A stretch of 64,000 nt of DNA from NCBI GenBank assembly GCA_964016885.1, contig OZ024757.1:7936001-8000000 (forward strand), given 5' to 3'. Origin of the DNA: Eledone cirrhosa (taxonomy: Eukaryota). This document shows, piece by piece, positions 1 to 11,026 of this stretch. Within the stretch, counting starts at the first letter, position 1. The number at the start of each line of letters is the position of its first letter. The notes beneath the pieces are model-generated. The model was given only the letters and a program-made list of their open reading frames with translations. It searched no databases and was not told the origin of the DNA. The position numbers were made by a program, and so were the translations under genes.

Positions 1-2192
1 AAACGGTGATCAATAACCTCATCCATGAAGAGAAGAAGCGAATTGAACGAAATCGCCAGATATTGGGGCGATTGCTTGATTGTACGTTATTTCTCGCAAA
101 ACAAGGCTTGGCCTTCAGAGGTCACAGGGAATATGCTGGACTTGGCGCCAAATCAGAAAATGAAGGAAACTTTATTGAATTGTTGAAATTGATAGCCAAG
201 TATGATACAATCTTGGAAAGCCATTTCTTCTCGCCTGGGCGCACTAAAAGACAACCTATGTACTTAAGTCCAAAATTACAAAACGAATTCATAGAATGCC
301 TGGCGAACGAATGTACTCAACAAATAATCACGGAAGTGAAAGAGGCAAAATACTATTCAGTCATTGTCGATTCCACAATAGAGATTTCGCATCAGGATCA
401 ATGCTCTGTGTCACTGCGATATGTATCGAAAAGTGTCCACGCACAGGAGCGTTTCCTGTCGTTTTGTGAACTAAAATCAGCAGCCGCTGAATCATTTTTC
501 GATACGCTTGTGAAAGTTCTTTTCCAGGATCTTTCCTTGGATGCTCAATATATTAGAGGACAAGCTTACGACGGAGCGTCGAATATGTCCGGCCATATTT
601 CTGGGCTTCAGGCTAGAGTTAAAGAGGGATGCTCTTCGAAAGCTGTTTACGTCCATTGTTGTGCTCATAACCTGAACCTGGTGTTAATCGATGCTAGCCA
701 ATCGTCAATGGATGGTAAATTATTTTTTGGTACATTGGAGAGCCTGTATGTTTTCTTAACATCAAGCTTGCCAAGGCTGAAAATCCTCGAAGAAGAACAA
801 GAAAAACTATTGACTTCAACGGTATTAACATTAAAAAGACTCTCAGATACCCGCTGGTTTAGTCACATTCAGGCTGTAGAGGCTACCATTAACAACTTAC
901 CGGCAGTAATGAGTGCACTAGAGAGGATAGTAAGTGGGGATGTTCGCAACACTTCTCCGAAAGTATTAGCTGAGGCCAGAGGTTTGCTACTAAATGTGAG
1001 CAAGTTTGAATTCATTTTCATGTTGAAGTTTTTTCAGAATTTACTTAAAAAGCTGCATTCTGTTTCACAATATTTGCAGAAGGAGGCTATCGACTTATAT
1101 TCCGCGGACGTCATGATTAAAAATGTAGTAAAAGAAATTGAAGAAATCCGCTCAAATGAATATTTTGACCGAACATTATCAGACACTAAAAATCTCGCCG
1201 AGCAATGTCAAGTTGAACCAGAGTTTACAACAGAAAAACGGAAAAGAAAAAAGAAGCGTTTTCATGACGAAAATGCCAGTGACGAACCTCATGAGACGAT
1301 GAGTCAGCATTTTAAACGGGACGTTTATTTCACTATCCTAGATAGAATCATTAGTAGCTTTAACGAAAGTTTTGCCGACTTGCACGGTCTAGTGAAGGAT
1401 TTTTCGTGCTTGATATCGGCGCACTTCGACGACACATGCAATAAAGAGAGAATCGATAATCTTGCGAAATTCTACGAGGGTGACATCGAAAATGACACTA
1501 TCTTCGATGAATATTTATCATTCAAAGATTTTTACAAGGAAGTGTGTTTAGATAAATCCATATCGAGTTCTGAGATCGTTCCGTTTATGATTTCTAATGA
1601 CTTAGATAGAGCCTATCGGAACGTGTTTGCCTTATACAAAATGTTCATAACTATTCCGGTTAGCTCGGCGCAGGCTGAGCGAACCTTCAGCAGGCTCAAA
1701 CTGATAAAGAATTATTTGCGTAGTACCATGAGTGAAGAGCGGTTGAATGCTCTGGCAATGATGTACATAGAGCGAGAACTGGCTGAAAAAATTGACTTCA
1801 GCATCGTGATTGAAAAATTTTCTAAAGTAAAACATCGCAAATTAGAACTGTAGAACAAGTGATGTGCTCGAATGTGAAAGTAAAGTTTTAGATGGACGAT
1901 TTGTTGCACATACGAATTTTTGTTTGTGAATAATCGATTGCAAGACTAGTTTTACTGGATATTGTTTTGTTTTTTTCTGAAGATAGACCACCATCTTTGC
2001 AGTTAATAAAGTTTTCACGGAACATGCTAACTCTGTAATCTATGATGTATTCTACTCTATTATAAATTATCTATTTTAGACGCCCGTATGAACATATTTT
2101 CTTGCAGCTGATGGAAATGAGCGTATGGAATTGGTGGGCCCCCTTTAGATCGGACCCCCCCCCCCTGGCTTTAAAAGCTAGTTACGCCACTG
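1..2192 (+). mobile_element. hAT DNA transposon, right part including the 3' terminal inverted repeat
   Basis: Ends ...GCTAGTTACGCCACTG (reverse complement CAGTGGCGTAAC, a hAT-type terminus). The following GTACATAG... sequence matches an uninterrupted repeat copy starting at 19163, which places the junction at 2192/2193. Confidence 0.85.
6..1853 (+). CDS. hAT (Tip100/ZMYM1-like) transposase, probably 5'-truncated by the window edge
   Basis: 615-aa uninterrupted ORF with LAFRGH, GNFIELL, YLSPKLQNEFI, catalytic D (IVDST), D (YDGASNMSG), CxxH (HCCAHNLNL), TRW and the C-terminal dimerisation motif with E (SAQAERTFSRLK). Confidence 0.93.
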   Translation: MINNLIHEEKKRIERNRQILGRLLDCTLFLAKQGLAFRGHREYAGLGAKSENEGNFIELLKLIAKYDTILESHFFSPGRTKRQPMYLSPKLQNEFIECLANECTQQIITEVKEAKYYSVIVDSTIEISHQDQCSVSLRYVSKSVHAQERFLSFCELKSAAAESFFDTLVKVLFQDLSLDAQYIRGQAYDGASNMSGHISGLQARVKEGCSSKAVYVHCCAHNLNLVLIDASQSSMDGKLFFGTLESLYVFLTSSLPRLKILEEEQEKLLTSTVLTLKRLSDTRWFSHIQAVEATINNLPAVMSALERIVSGDVRNTSPKVLAEARGLLLNVSKFEFIFMLKFFQNLLKKLHSVSQYLQKEAIDLYSADVMIKNVVKEIEEIRSNEYFDRTLSDTKNLAEQCQVEPEFTTEKRKRKKKRFHDENASDEPHETMSQHFKRDVYFTILDRIISSFNESFADLHGLVKDFSCLISAHFDDTCNKERIDNLAKFYEGDIENDTIFDEYLSFKDFYKEVCLDKSISSSEIVPFMISNDLDRAYRNVFALYKMFITIPVSSAQAERTFSRLKLIKNYLRSTMSEERLNALAMMYIERELAEKIDFSIVIEKFSKVKHRKLEL

Positions 2193-2862
2193 GTACATAG
2201 GGTTTTGGTATATGTACGTTTGGTGAACATATGTGTATTTACCTGTAGGTACGTGTCAGTGTGCGTTCTATACGCATTTATGCGTGTATATTTATATATG
2301 TATATATAATTATATGTATACACACAAACATATATTTATATGTGTATTTGGTGTATATGTCCGTACGTGTGCGGGTATATGTCTCGCCCCGGTTTACGTC
2401 TGTGTGTGCGTGTTTATTTGTACGTGCATGTATATACATGCATGCCGTGTGTTTTCGTATATACACGTGTATAAATGTGTGTATGTATATATTTAATTAT
2501 TATTAGTTTTATGATTTTAATAACCTCTGTCATTTTCGTTCAACTAATTTATTTACATTATTCTGAACTCCGAAGCCGAGAATCATTCAGTTTCCTAAAT
2601 AGTATATTAGTCTACGCCTCCATTTATACCATAAACGTGGTTTTGTCTTTACGTGTAATTGTTGTCACCTCTCCACATAACGACGTATTATCTTCGCTTT
2701 TTTCCGTTCATTGCGAACCAAAGTATCGTCTTCCTGTTTTTAACTGGGCTGCAACGTTTTTCGCAATATTTACTTCTTCGGTCACAGATTGATTTTTTTT
2801 AGTTTCTGAAGATCCCGTTAAGGGTGAAAGCAGCGATACTTTGCTTAAACTTTAATCTGTTA

Positions 2863-2870
<8 letters not shown>
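2193..2870 (+). mobile_element. Non-coding dispersed repeat with TG/TA-rich body ending in a hammerhead ribozyme (Penelope-like pLTR or retrozyme candidate)
   Basis: 2193-~2715 matches 19163-~19677; ~2723-2870 matches ~54897-55045; followed by (TA)n in both hammerhead-bearing copies. Confidence 0.6.
2784..2860 (+). ncRNA. Type I hammerhead ribozyme
   Basis: Stem I AGTTT (2801-2805)/AAACT (2847-2851), extended by ACAGATTGA/TTAATCTGT across a T8 bulge; core CTGAAGA (2806-2812); stem II CCC-GTTAA-GGG; GAAA (2826-2829); stem III GCAG/TTGC; cleavage triplet CUU (2844-2846). Confidence 0.8.

Positions 2871-2913
<43 letters not shown>
2870..2913. repeat. (TA)n microsatellite
   Basis: Perfect dinucleotide run. 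Confidence 0.95.
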
Positions 2914-2915
<2 letters not shown>

Positions 2916-3014
2916 TGGGCGGTGCCCAAGCATGGCCTCAGCCAGATGGCTGGAACAGGTATAAGAATAAAAGAATATAATATATATGTGTATATTCATA
3001 TATTGTATTTATCC

Positions 3015-4400
3015 TCATTACAATTTAAACTCCATTTTACATGCTAGCATGGGCTGGACGACTTGTCCTGTTGTGTGAAAACTTAGATCAAATAACTGTG
3101 TCTTGCTCATGCAAGAACCATTTCTGGTTGGTTTCTATGGCTGGATGCCCTTACTAACTCCAACCACATTTACAGGGTGGACTTGGTATTTAATATGTTG
3201 CTAACATGACCAACCTACAGGGTGGATTGCGTGCTTTTCGTTGTGTCATCATCATGACAACCACCAGCTAACAGAGCAGACTTGGTGCTCTTTGTCATGT
3301 CACCAATTTGACTACTTTGAAGGGTGGTTCGGGTGTCTTCAGTCATACCACTAGCATGACCACTTTACAGAGTGGGCTAGAGGCCTCCTGTCAAGTCTAC
3401 CTCACAGGGTGGACTGGTTGCTTATTTGTCATGTCACCAGCATGACTACCTTGCAGGGAGGGTTAGGAGCTCTTTTGTCATGACACCTGCATGACCACCT
3501 TACAGGGTTGCCTGAGGGTTTAACCATTTCATCAGCATTGGAGGAGAGCATGTCAAGCTTTCCGTACTTGTATACATGGGTTGGTCAAGAGAGGTGTATC
3601 AGATGTGAAAGTGCGGGTGTGGTTGTGTGTATGTAGGGTGGGGATTGGCGAGGTAGGTCAGGGTGGTGTACTTAGCTGGTAAGGGGGTGGAGTGTTAAGA
3701 TGTGGGGAGGAGGAAAAGTGGAGCATACTTCAAACCACTAAATGTTGCTTCAACCCATGGACATGGGAATGCAGGTCTCCTGCAGTACTGTATAACGCCA
3801 GAGATTTCAATCCTGTGTCATCACCTTTGAGAGGTACAATGGTGTCAGGTCAGTTTTTACCTCCTCATCCCAAGCATTCATAGGTCTTCTTCTTCCATCA
3901 ATTTCAAGCGGTCAACCTTTTATACAGCATCTCTACCTTCATATACATCACATGTCCATACCACAGCAATCTCCACTCCTGTATATTGTATCTTATCCCT
4001 CTCATGCCCAGGTTCTCTCTCAGTTTATTTACATTTCGCTCTTCATGTATATTAATATTACACATCCATCGGAGAATTCAAGCTTCATTTCTGTCCAATC
4101 TTCTGAGGTCCTCACTGCAATGCAGCATTGCTGTTTATATGCAGACATCAATTTGATGAAACAACCTTTTGTAGCTAGCAGCAGTAGTAATAGTAGCACC
4201 CTAAACCTTTGCCATCTTGTTCTTACTCTGGTTACTGTACTTTCAGAACACCTACCTCCACTGCTAATTTGGTCCTCCTGGAAACAGAAACTGTCAACTG
4301 CTTCTACAGAATACTTTAAATATTTGATAGAGCTTGTCTCCTAAAGTGATTGCTTCTTACTGCTCCAGTGCAGTGACCCCTTGTAAACCCTACATTCTTA
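3015..4400 (-). mobile_element. Degenerate RTE-clade LINE 3' fragments
   Basis: 3'-UTR motif GGCTGGATGCCCTT..CCAACCA shared with other copies in the window; decayed C-terminal ORF2 sequence similar to 13830-14350. Confidence 0.6.
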
Positions 4401-4461
4401 GCTAACTCACTATGTATTCCACTAAATCTCTGGTGTACCCATAGTGTCTTTAGAGTAAATA

Positions 4462-4650
4462 ATTGTTTCTACTTTTAACACAATGCCAGCAATTATCCCA
4501 GTGTACCACTGGTACTTTATTTTATCGACCCCGTAAGGATGAAAGGCATAGTTAACCTCGGCGGGATTTGAACTCAGACCATAAAGGGCCGTAACTCTTT
4601 GCTGCAAAGCATGGCATCCGTCCCTCTACCGACACTGCCAATCCGCCGCC
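4462..4650 (-). mobile_element. tRNA-derived SINE with Meta/MESC-like central domain
   Basis: Reverse complement of the 18865-19060 copy; B-box GAGTTCAAATCCC and core GCCTTTCATCCTTACGGGGTCGATAAAAT. Confidence 0.8.
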
Positions 4651-4899
4651 TTTAGTGTAAATGTTTCATACACATAACATGTATGTGTGACCATTGGTTT
4701 CTGAGTCCACTTATGGCCACCACTGTTTAATGGGAGGAGGCACTTCCAAACAGACCCTTCATTAGGTATGCTGACAAATATATCAAAAGGAAGTTCTTTC
4801 CTCCTACAATTTTCACCCAAACAGAGGAGAGTTTCATTTTGTCAAAAAGGGAGGTAAATCCTTAGTGGTGGAATTGTCAGGCTTAATTATATATGTAAT

Positions 4900-5545
4900 T
4901 AGACACACATAGAAGTGGTTGATTGCTTTTACAATCTATGTGACTTAATTAGCAGTGGAGGAGGCTGCTCCGAAAGATGAATATTTAGAATAAGGATAGG
5001 ATGGAAAAAGTTTAGAGAGCTACTGCAACAGTTGACCACAAAAGGTTTCTCTCTCTGTAAAAAAGGACAACTGTATGACACATGTGGGTGATGTGCAATG
5101 ATGCATGGTAACGAAACAAGGGCTGTGACTGCAGAGAATGTGTAGACTGGAGAGAAATGCAACAACCATGCTTTGTAGGATATGTTGTGTAAGTGTGAGA
5201 GAAAGGCAGAGCTTGGACGAGTACAAGAAGAAGCTGGGTTTAAGAGTGATCTGAAGTGGTGTGTAAGAGAGAAGACTGTGTTTGTACAGACATGGGATGC
5301 ACATGGATAATGACCGCTGGGTGATGAAGTGCCAGGAAATCCCAGTAGAAGGAAGCAATAATAGAGGTAGACCAAGAAAGACCTGGACAGAGGCTGTGTG
5401 AACTGACTTCAAATAATTGACTTTCACAGAGGAGATGACAAAGGAACACGTCAAGTGGAAAGATGCCATATTGAGAAGGACCTGTCCAACCCAAGGAAGC
5501 ATGGAAAAACAGACATAAAAACAGTGATGATGTTGATGAAGATGA
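4900..5545 (+). mobile_element. RTE LINE 3' fragment with (GAT)n-like tail
   Basis: Frameshifted GWKKFRELL..LTTKG, MHG.ET, GRPRKTW motifs; ends GATGATGTTGATGAAGATGA. Confidence 0.75.
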
Positions 5546-5822
5546 CGTACATATACACACATATATAATCAAATACTTATATACAAACACAGATAAATAT
5601 ATACATAGACACACATACATTCACATATATATAGCGTATGTAAATTCTGAACAATACAGTTTTGTCAGCAAAACTCTTGGTTACAACTTCTACAAATAAA
5701 ATGAAAGGAGAAGAATTTCTCAGGAAAACAGTTTTATTCAAAATATTAACAACATTGGGGGTACTATTTCAGGTGAGTGACATGGTTTTTATCTAATTGT
5801 GTTGCATTAAGTAATCTTTATA

Positions 5823-6110
5823 AGAGAATGATTTACCACAGACATGACAATGATATAGTTCCTCTCCTCTAGATGTTAGTGTGTAGTGAAGTCACAACAT
5901 TTAGAGAAGGATTTACCACAGACATCACAATGATATAGTTCCTCTCCTCTAGATGTTAGTGTGTAATTAAGCCACAACATTTAGAGAAGGATTTACCACA
6001 GACATCACAGTGATATGGTTCCTCTCCTGTAGATGTTAGTGTCTAGTGGAGCCACAACATTTAGAGAATGATTTACTAAATATATCAAAGTGATATGGCT
6101 TGCCGCTGTA
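5823..6110 (-). repeat. About 3.5 copies of the 80-bp zinc-finger-derived repeat (decayed tail of the 7413-8356 gene)
   Basis: 80-bp period; reverse complement of the 29755-30904 unit. Confidence 0.8.
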
Positions 6111-7283
6111 TCTGTTAGACTCGCAGTGACTAACAACAGAATGTTTTAAGTCTGCATGTTTGACATATATGCGTAGCTTGTGAATAAAAAATTCAAATAG
6201 TTTCACTGGCCGCGCTCATCCCACCCAAACATGTTTTGTAATGTATCGTCTTACTGGCTAATTTCATCATCTTATTGGCTAATCAACTGATGAGAGTAAT
6301 TGTAGCTCAAAAGCATCCGCCATTTTGATGGCACGTTTATTTATCGATTCACTTTTGAATCTTCCTCCTGTATTTCGTCGTTTATCATCAAAATATTTTT
6401 CTCATTTTGGTAAGTTATATTGTTAATTTATATATGATTTTTTAAATTTATATTAACTATTTTTTTTTCAGTTGGTTTTAACATGCTTATAATATTGGTT
6501 GTATCATATTTACTTGTATATTTGTCCATATTATTGTTCGTTTTATGTTAGATTATTTTATTATTATTATGTTAGACTATTTGTGTGCAATATTTAATTT
6601 TTATTAATTCAACTATAATAATTATTATGTAAAATATATTTATTTAATATTGATTGTTTTTTTGTAGTTGTTTATATTAAAAGTCTGAAAATATTTTAAT
6701 ACAACTTACAATAATATTTATAAGATCATTTATAAAATAAAAATTATATAATCTAATTACATTACAACTATAATTTATTATTAATATATATTATGTTTAA
6801 CTAGAGTTATTACAAGCGTTGACTTAAAAAAATATTAAACTAGACCTGTAAAATGCGCAAGCTCAAAAGAGCCACAGAATGTTATAATAAACCTTCAAAA
6901 GTGTGAGACTAGAGTTGTTGCTCAAAAATATTGTAACCATTATCTATCGTACACTCTGTGGCATCCTTTTATAAAAAAGAGACTCATAACGAACTCAAGA
7001 TGACACGATAATTATTTAAGTGAATTTATAATATAGAATTCGGTTTAAGTGAATTTCGTATTAATCATTACTAAACATCTAATATGAGATATTGAACATT
7101 AGCTTAAATAATTATCGTGTCGTCTTGAATTCGTTATGAGTCTCTTTTTTATAAAAGGATGCCACAGAGTGTACGATAGATAATGATTACAATATTTTTG
7201 AGCAACAACTCTAGTCGCACACTTTTGAAGGTTTATTATAACATTCTGTGGCTCTTTTGAGCTTGCACATTTTTCAGGTCTAG
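6111..7283 (+). mobile_element. Non-autonomous Helitron-like insertion
   Basis: Starts A|TC, ends CTAG|T, no TSD; hairpin GCTC-TTTT-GAGC shortly upstream of the terminal CTAG. The flanks rejoin into a sequence contiguous in the paralogue at ~29660-29730. Confidence 0.7.
6840..7283. repeat. Long inverted repeat (~180-bp arms, ~80-bp spacer)
   Basis: 6840-7020 is a near-identical reverse complement of ~7103-7283. Confidence 0.92.
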
Positions 7284-7412
7284 TATATATGTTTGTGTGT
7301 AGTTAATGTAACATTCAAAGAGAATGATTTCCCTCAGATGTCACAAGATATGTATTTGTTTTCTCATTAATTCACAAATTTGAGGGAATGATTTATCACT
7401 GATGTCAATGCG

Positions 7413-8356
7413 TTATGATTTCTCTTCTGCATGTATAAGTTTGTGAGTAGTTAGGCTCCTTTTTCCAGAGAATGACTTACCACAGATATCACAGTGATAT
7501 GGCTTCTCTCCTGTATGGGTACGTTTATGGCTAGTTAAGCTAAAACTTACAGAGAATGATTTATCACAGATATCACAGTGATATGGCTTGTCTCCTGTAT
7601 GGGTACGTTTGTGGCTAGTTAAGTGACTATTATGATAGAATGATTTACCACAGATATCACAGTGATATGGCTTGTCTCCTGTATGTGTACGTTTATGTGT
7701 AGTTAGGTTACTACTAAAAGAGAATGATTTGCCACAGATATCACAGTGATATGGCTTGTCTCCTGTATGTATACGTTTATGCTTAATTAAGGAACTACTT
7801 TCAGAGCATGATTTACCACAGATATCACATTGGTATGGCTTGTCTCCAGTATGTATACGTTTGTGGCTAGTTAAGGTACTACTTTGAGAGAATGATACCC
7901 CACAGATCTCACAATGATAAGGCTTATCTCCTGTATGGGTACGTTTGTGGCTAGTTAAGTGACTATTATGATAGAATGATTTACCACAGATATCACAGTG
8001 ATATGGCTTGTCTCCTGTATGTGTACGTTTATGTGTAGTTAGGTTACTACTAAAAGAGAATGATTTGCCACAGATATCACAGTGATATGGCTTGTCTCCT
8101 GTATGTATACGTTTATGCTTAATTAAGGAACTACTTTCAGAGCATGATTTACCACAGATATCACATTGGTATGGCTTGTCTCCGGTATGTATACATTTGT
8201 GGCTAGTTAAGGTACCACTTTGAGAAAATGAAATGATTTACCACAGATATCACAGTGATATGGCTTCTCTTCTCTAACCTTCGTCATCTCACCAGGAATA
8301 CTAAACACTTTAGATTGTGTTTCGTATTTAATCTCCTTTGTCAATTTATTTTCCAT
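7413..8356 (-). pseudogene. C2H2 zinc-finger gene (~10 fingers) frameshifted in finger 1
   Basis: ATG 8356 gives [42 protein letters not shown], then a 5-bp TCATT duplication (~8230) causes an early TAA. The downstream frame has [16 protein letters not shown] repeats to TAA at 7413. Candidate splice acceptor TCTTCAG near 8474. Confidence 0.85.
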
Positions 8357-9020
8357 AATTATTCCTTCTTCAACAGAATATACAGATGTTTTCCTTGTAG
8401 TATTTTTTATATTATATTTCTTATAAAATATTTCTTCTTCTATATTTCCCTCAACTGTAATTTCAGTTAATATCTGAAGATAATATAAACTTATGTTTCA
8501 TCCAAGTTTAGTTAAAATACAAAACCATCTCATAGTGAGGAAAATAAACTCAATTTTGAGGAAATATTTAAACAGTAATTCAATGACAGATTTATATAAA
8601 CAGTGTTATATAAGTTCTGTTTAGAAAGTTTTAGTCTTCAAATGATGATAAATAGAGGTGATGTATCCAAGATTGAAAATAATAATTTATCCCAATGTCA
8701 TCTGATATTCTGAAATAAGAAAGAAACAGTATGAGATAATACAGAATACTTTAGAAGCAGAGATAGATTTAACAGTGGAAATTTTATATTTCTATATTGA
8801 TAAACTGTAGATATCAACTTTCCTGTCCAGAGTAATTCTCTCCAATTTAAGCAGTAGTATTCCAGCATGCTCTATAAATTATATCCTTCTACCGCTTCAG
8901 AGGTCTGCTCTATGGCAGTTTAGCAAAAAATTCATTCTTATAGGACTTATAAGAAAGAAACAGTATGAGATAATAGAAAATACTTAAAATACAGAGATAG
9001 ATTTAACAGTAGAAATATTA

Positions 9021-9154
9021 CATATTTACCAGCGTCGAAGAAATTACTTCTTTCCTAAAATAAGTCTCAAAAATCTACCATACGTCCCGGAGGCCGAAGG
9101 TTGTTTATTATTGTTTTTCAAAAATTCTGATGGCTTCGGCACCGGTAAATACGG
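9021..9154. mobile_element. Short Tc1/pogo-type MITE
   Basis: TA|CATATTTACCAG ... CCGGTAAATACGG|TA; it interrupts a local duplicate of 8715-8810. Confidence 0.6.
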
Positions 9155-9539
9155 TACATTGGTAAACTGTAGAAATATACCTGTGTGATGTTTATTTATA
9201 TAAACCAAGGCTATACATATGTCAAACTACAGCTGCACCATCACTATAGTGGTGTCATCTAGTACAGGGCCCCAAAACTGTGGTAACCTTGTGAGATGGG
9301 TTTGGCACGGCCGACTGGCTACCCTCCCCATAGTGGTGCAGACAACTGGCCAGCCCTTCTCGTAACTGTACCATCCAGTACCAGTCCACATAACTATGCT
9401 AACCTCATGAAAAGGGTTTGGCCCATCTGGCTGGCCACCCCTTCTCATAATGGTGCCACCCAGTACCAGGCCACAAAATTATAGTTCCACTGTGAGATGG
9501 GTTCAGTGCAGCCAACCGGCCTGTCCCTCCTCATAACAG

Positions 9540-10010
9540 AGCCATCCAGTTCCATACTGTAAACATGGTTGGTGTTAGGAAGGGAATCCAGCTGTAAAAT
9601 ACCCAACCAAATTTACAGACCTCACCTGAGCAAGGTGTGACACATGGCCAACCCTGGCCAGACTTGCCTCCTGGCGTGGATGACCCGTCTAACCCATGTA
9701 AGAATGGAAAAATGGACGTTAAATGGTGATGACACAGACATATATATATATTCCACCCACACTGGACGTGTAAAAGACACAGCAAAAAGCACCCAGCCCA
9801 CACTGTAAAGTGGGCATGTAGGTGTCTTGGGAAATGCACCCAACCCACACTGTCAGTGTGGTTGGCATTAGGAAGGGTATCCAGCCATAGAAAGCTAGCC
9901 AGAAACACCCCTATATGAGTGAGACACAGTCACCTGACCCATATTGCCTCTAAATGGGACCCGTCTAACCCATGCTAGCGTATAAGATGGACATTAATTG
10001 ATGATGATAT
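9540..10010 (+). mobile_element. Two tandem RTE-type 3'-UTR fragments
   Basis: Two copies of GTTGG..TTAGGAAGGG.ATCCAGC...GACCCGTCTAACCCATG...GATGA tails, as at 14400-14555. Confidence 0.65.
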
Positions 10011-10165
10011 ATAATTAAATGTTGTAGTTTACTTCAAGCATTCTATATAATATATAACGTTGAAAGAGATAGAAGGCTAAACAATGCAAAATGGACTGTA
10101 AGATGAGGTAAGGAAAAGTAAAAGCTACCTGGTAATCTTTGTTTTGTTTTTTGTTGTTGTTGTTC

Positions 10166-10211
10166 TTTTATTTGTCCAATATTTTGGGACCTAAAAGTCC
10201 TTTCTTCAGGG
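10166..10211 (-). ncRNA. Degenerate minimal (Penelope-type) hammerhead motif
   Basis: Minus strand CC-CTGAAGA-AA-GGAC-TTTTAG-GTCC-C-AAAA-TAT-T-GG then AATAAA; the GAAA box reads AAAA. Confidence 0.4.
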
Positions 10212-10212
10212 T

Positions 10213-10429
10213 TTAACCCTTTAACATTTACACTACTCTATATATACTATTATATTTCCATGGTAAAGACTTTACCTCACATATGTCACGAATCTATGAG
10301 ATTTTGATATTATTTACATTGAGAACAATACCTTAACATCAGTATGAGTGGCCAATTACGGCTGTTTTAAAAAGAAAAGGTGGACAAAATTCTGGCTAGT
10401 TATGGCCAGTTTAAATGTGAAAGGGATAA
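10213..10429. mobile_element. piggyBac-like TTAA MITE (~215 bp)
   Basis: TTAA-CCCTTTAACATTTA ... TAAATGTGAAAGGG-ATAA; a second copy lies in the opposite orientation at 59026-59238. Confidence 0.75.
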
Positions 10430-10509
10430 GCAACTTTCAGTGGATAATGTTCCAATTTCCTCTCTTTGGTATTAAAAAGTTTTCTAAGTCGTTTTCAAGC
10501 ATTTTATAA

Positions 10510-10760
10510 AATTGATGGAAGCTGTGAAGGAGGGAGACCTGGGATGAGGTGATAAAAGCTGACCTCACAGAATTGATGGAAGCTATAGAGTAAGAAGACC
10601 TAGTTTGAGGTGATAAAAGCTGACCTCACACAATTGATGGAAGTTATAGAGTAAGAAGACCTAGTTTGAGGTGATAAAAGCTGACCTCACACAATTGCAC
10701 TCCTCAAAGACAATGACACAGGATTGAGATATTTGGTGTTATACAGTAATATAGAAGACC
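10510..10760 (+). repeat. Three 61-bp repeats derived from an RTE C-terminal segment
   Basis: ATTGATGGAAG...GAGGTGATAAAAGCTGACCTCAC at 61-bp spacing; similar to 14205-14250. Confidence 0.7.
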
Positions 10761-11026
10761 AGCCTTCCCTAGCATTGGTATCAATGACTCCCACATGGAC
10801 ATCAATACACATCTATATATACACACCTAACATATCGAAGACCCCCGTCAATCACGAATAACCATGTGATTTGCAACTAGAAAGTTCCCCTCTGTGGCAC
10901 AGGTCTGGTTGTTTGAGGAAGACCAGCAGTCACCCAAGTATACCAGTCTACCCTCTCCATGCCACAGATGTTGTCCAAGGGAAAGGTAATGGCTGATACA
11001 GCTTGGAACATCACTACATATATATA

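Noticed and set aside
6280-6335. Hammerhead-like CTGATGA-GAG...CTC-AAAA
   Set aside because: GAAA is absent and no consistent stem III and stem I can be drawn around a UH site.
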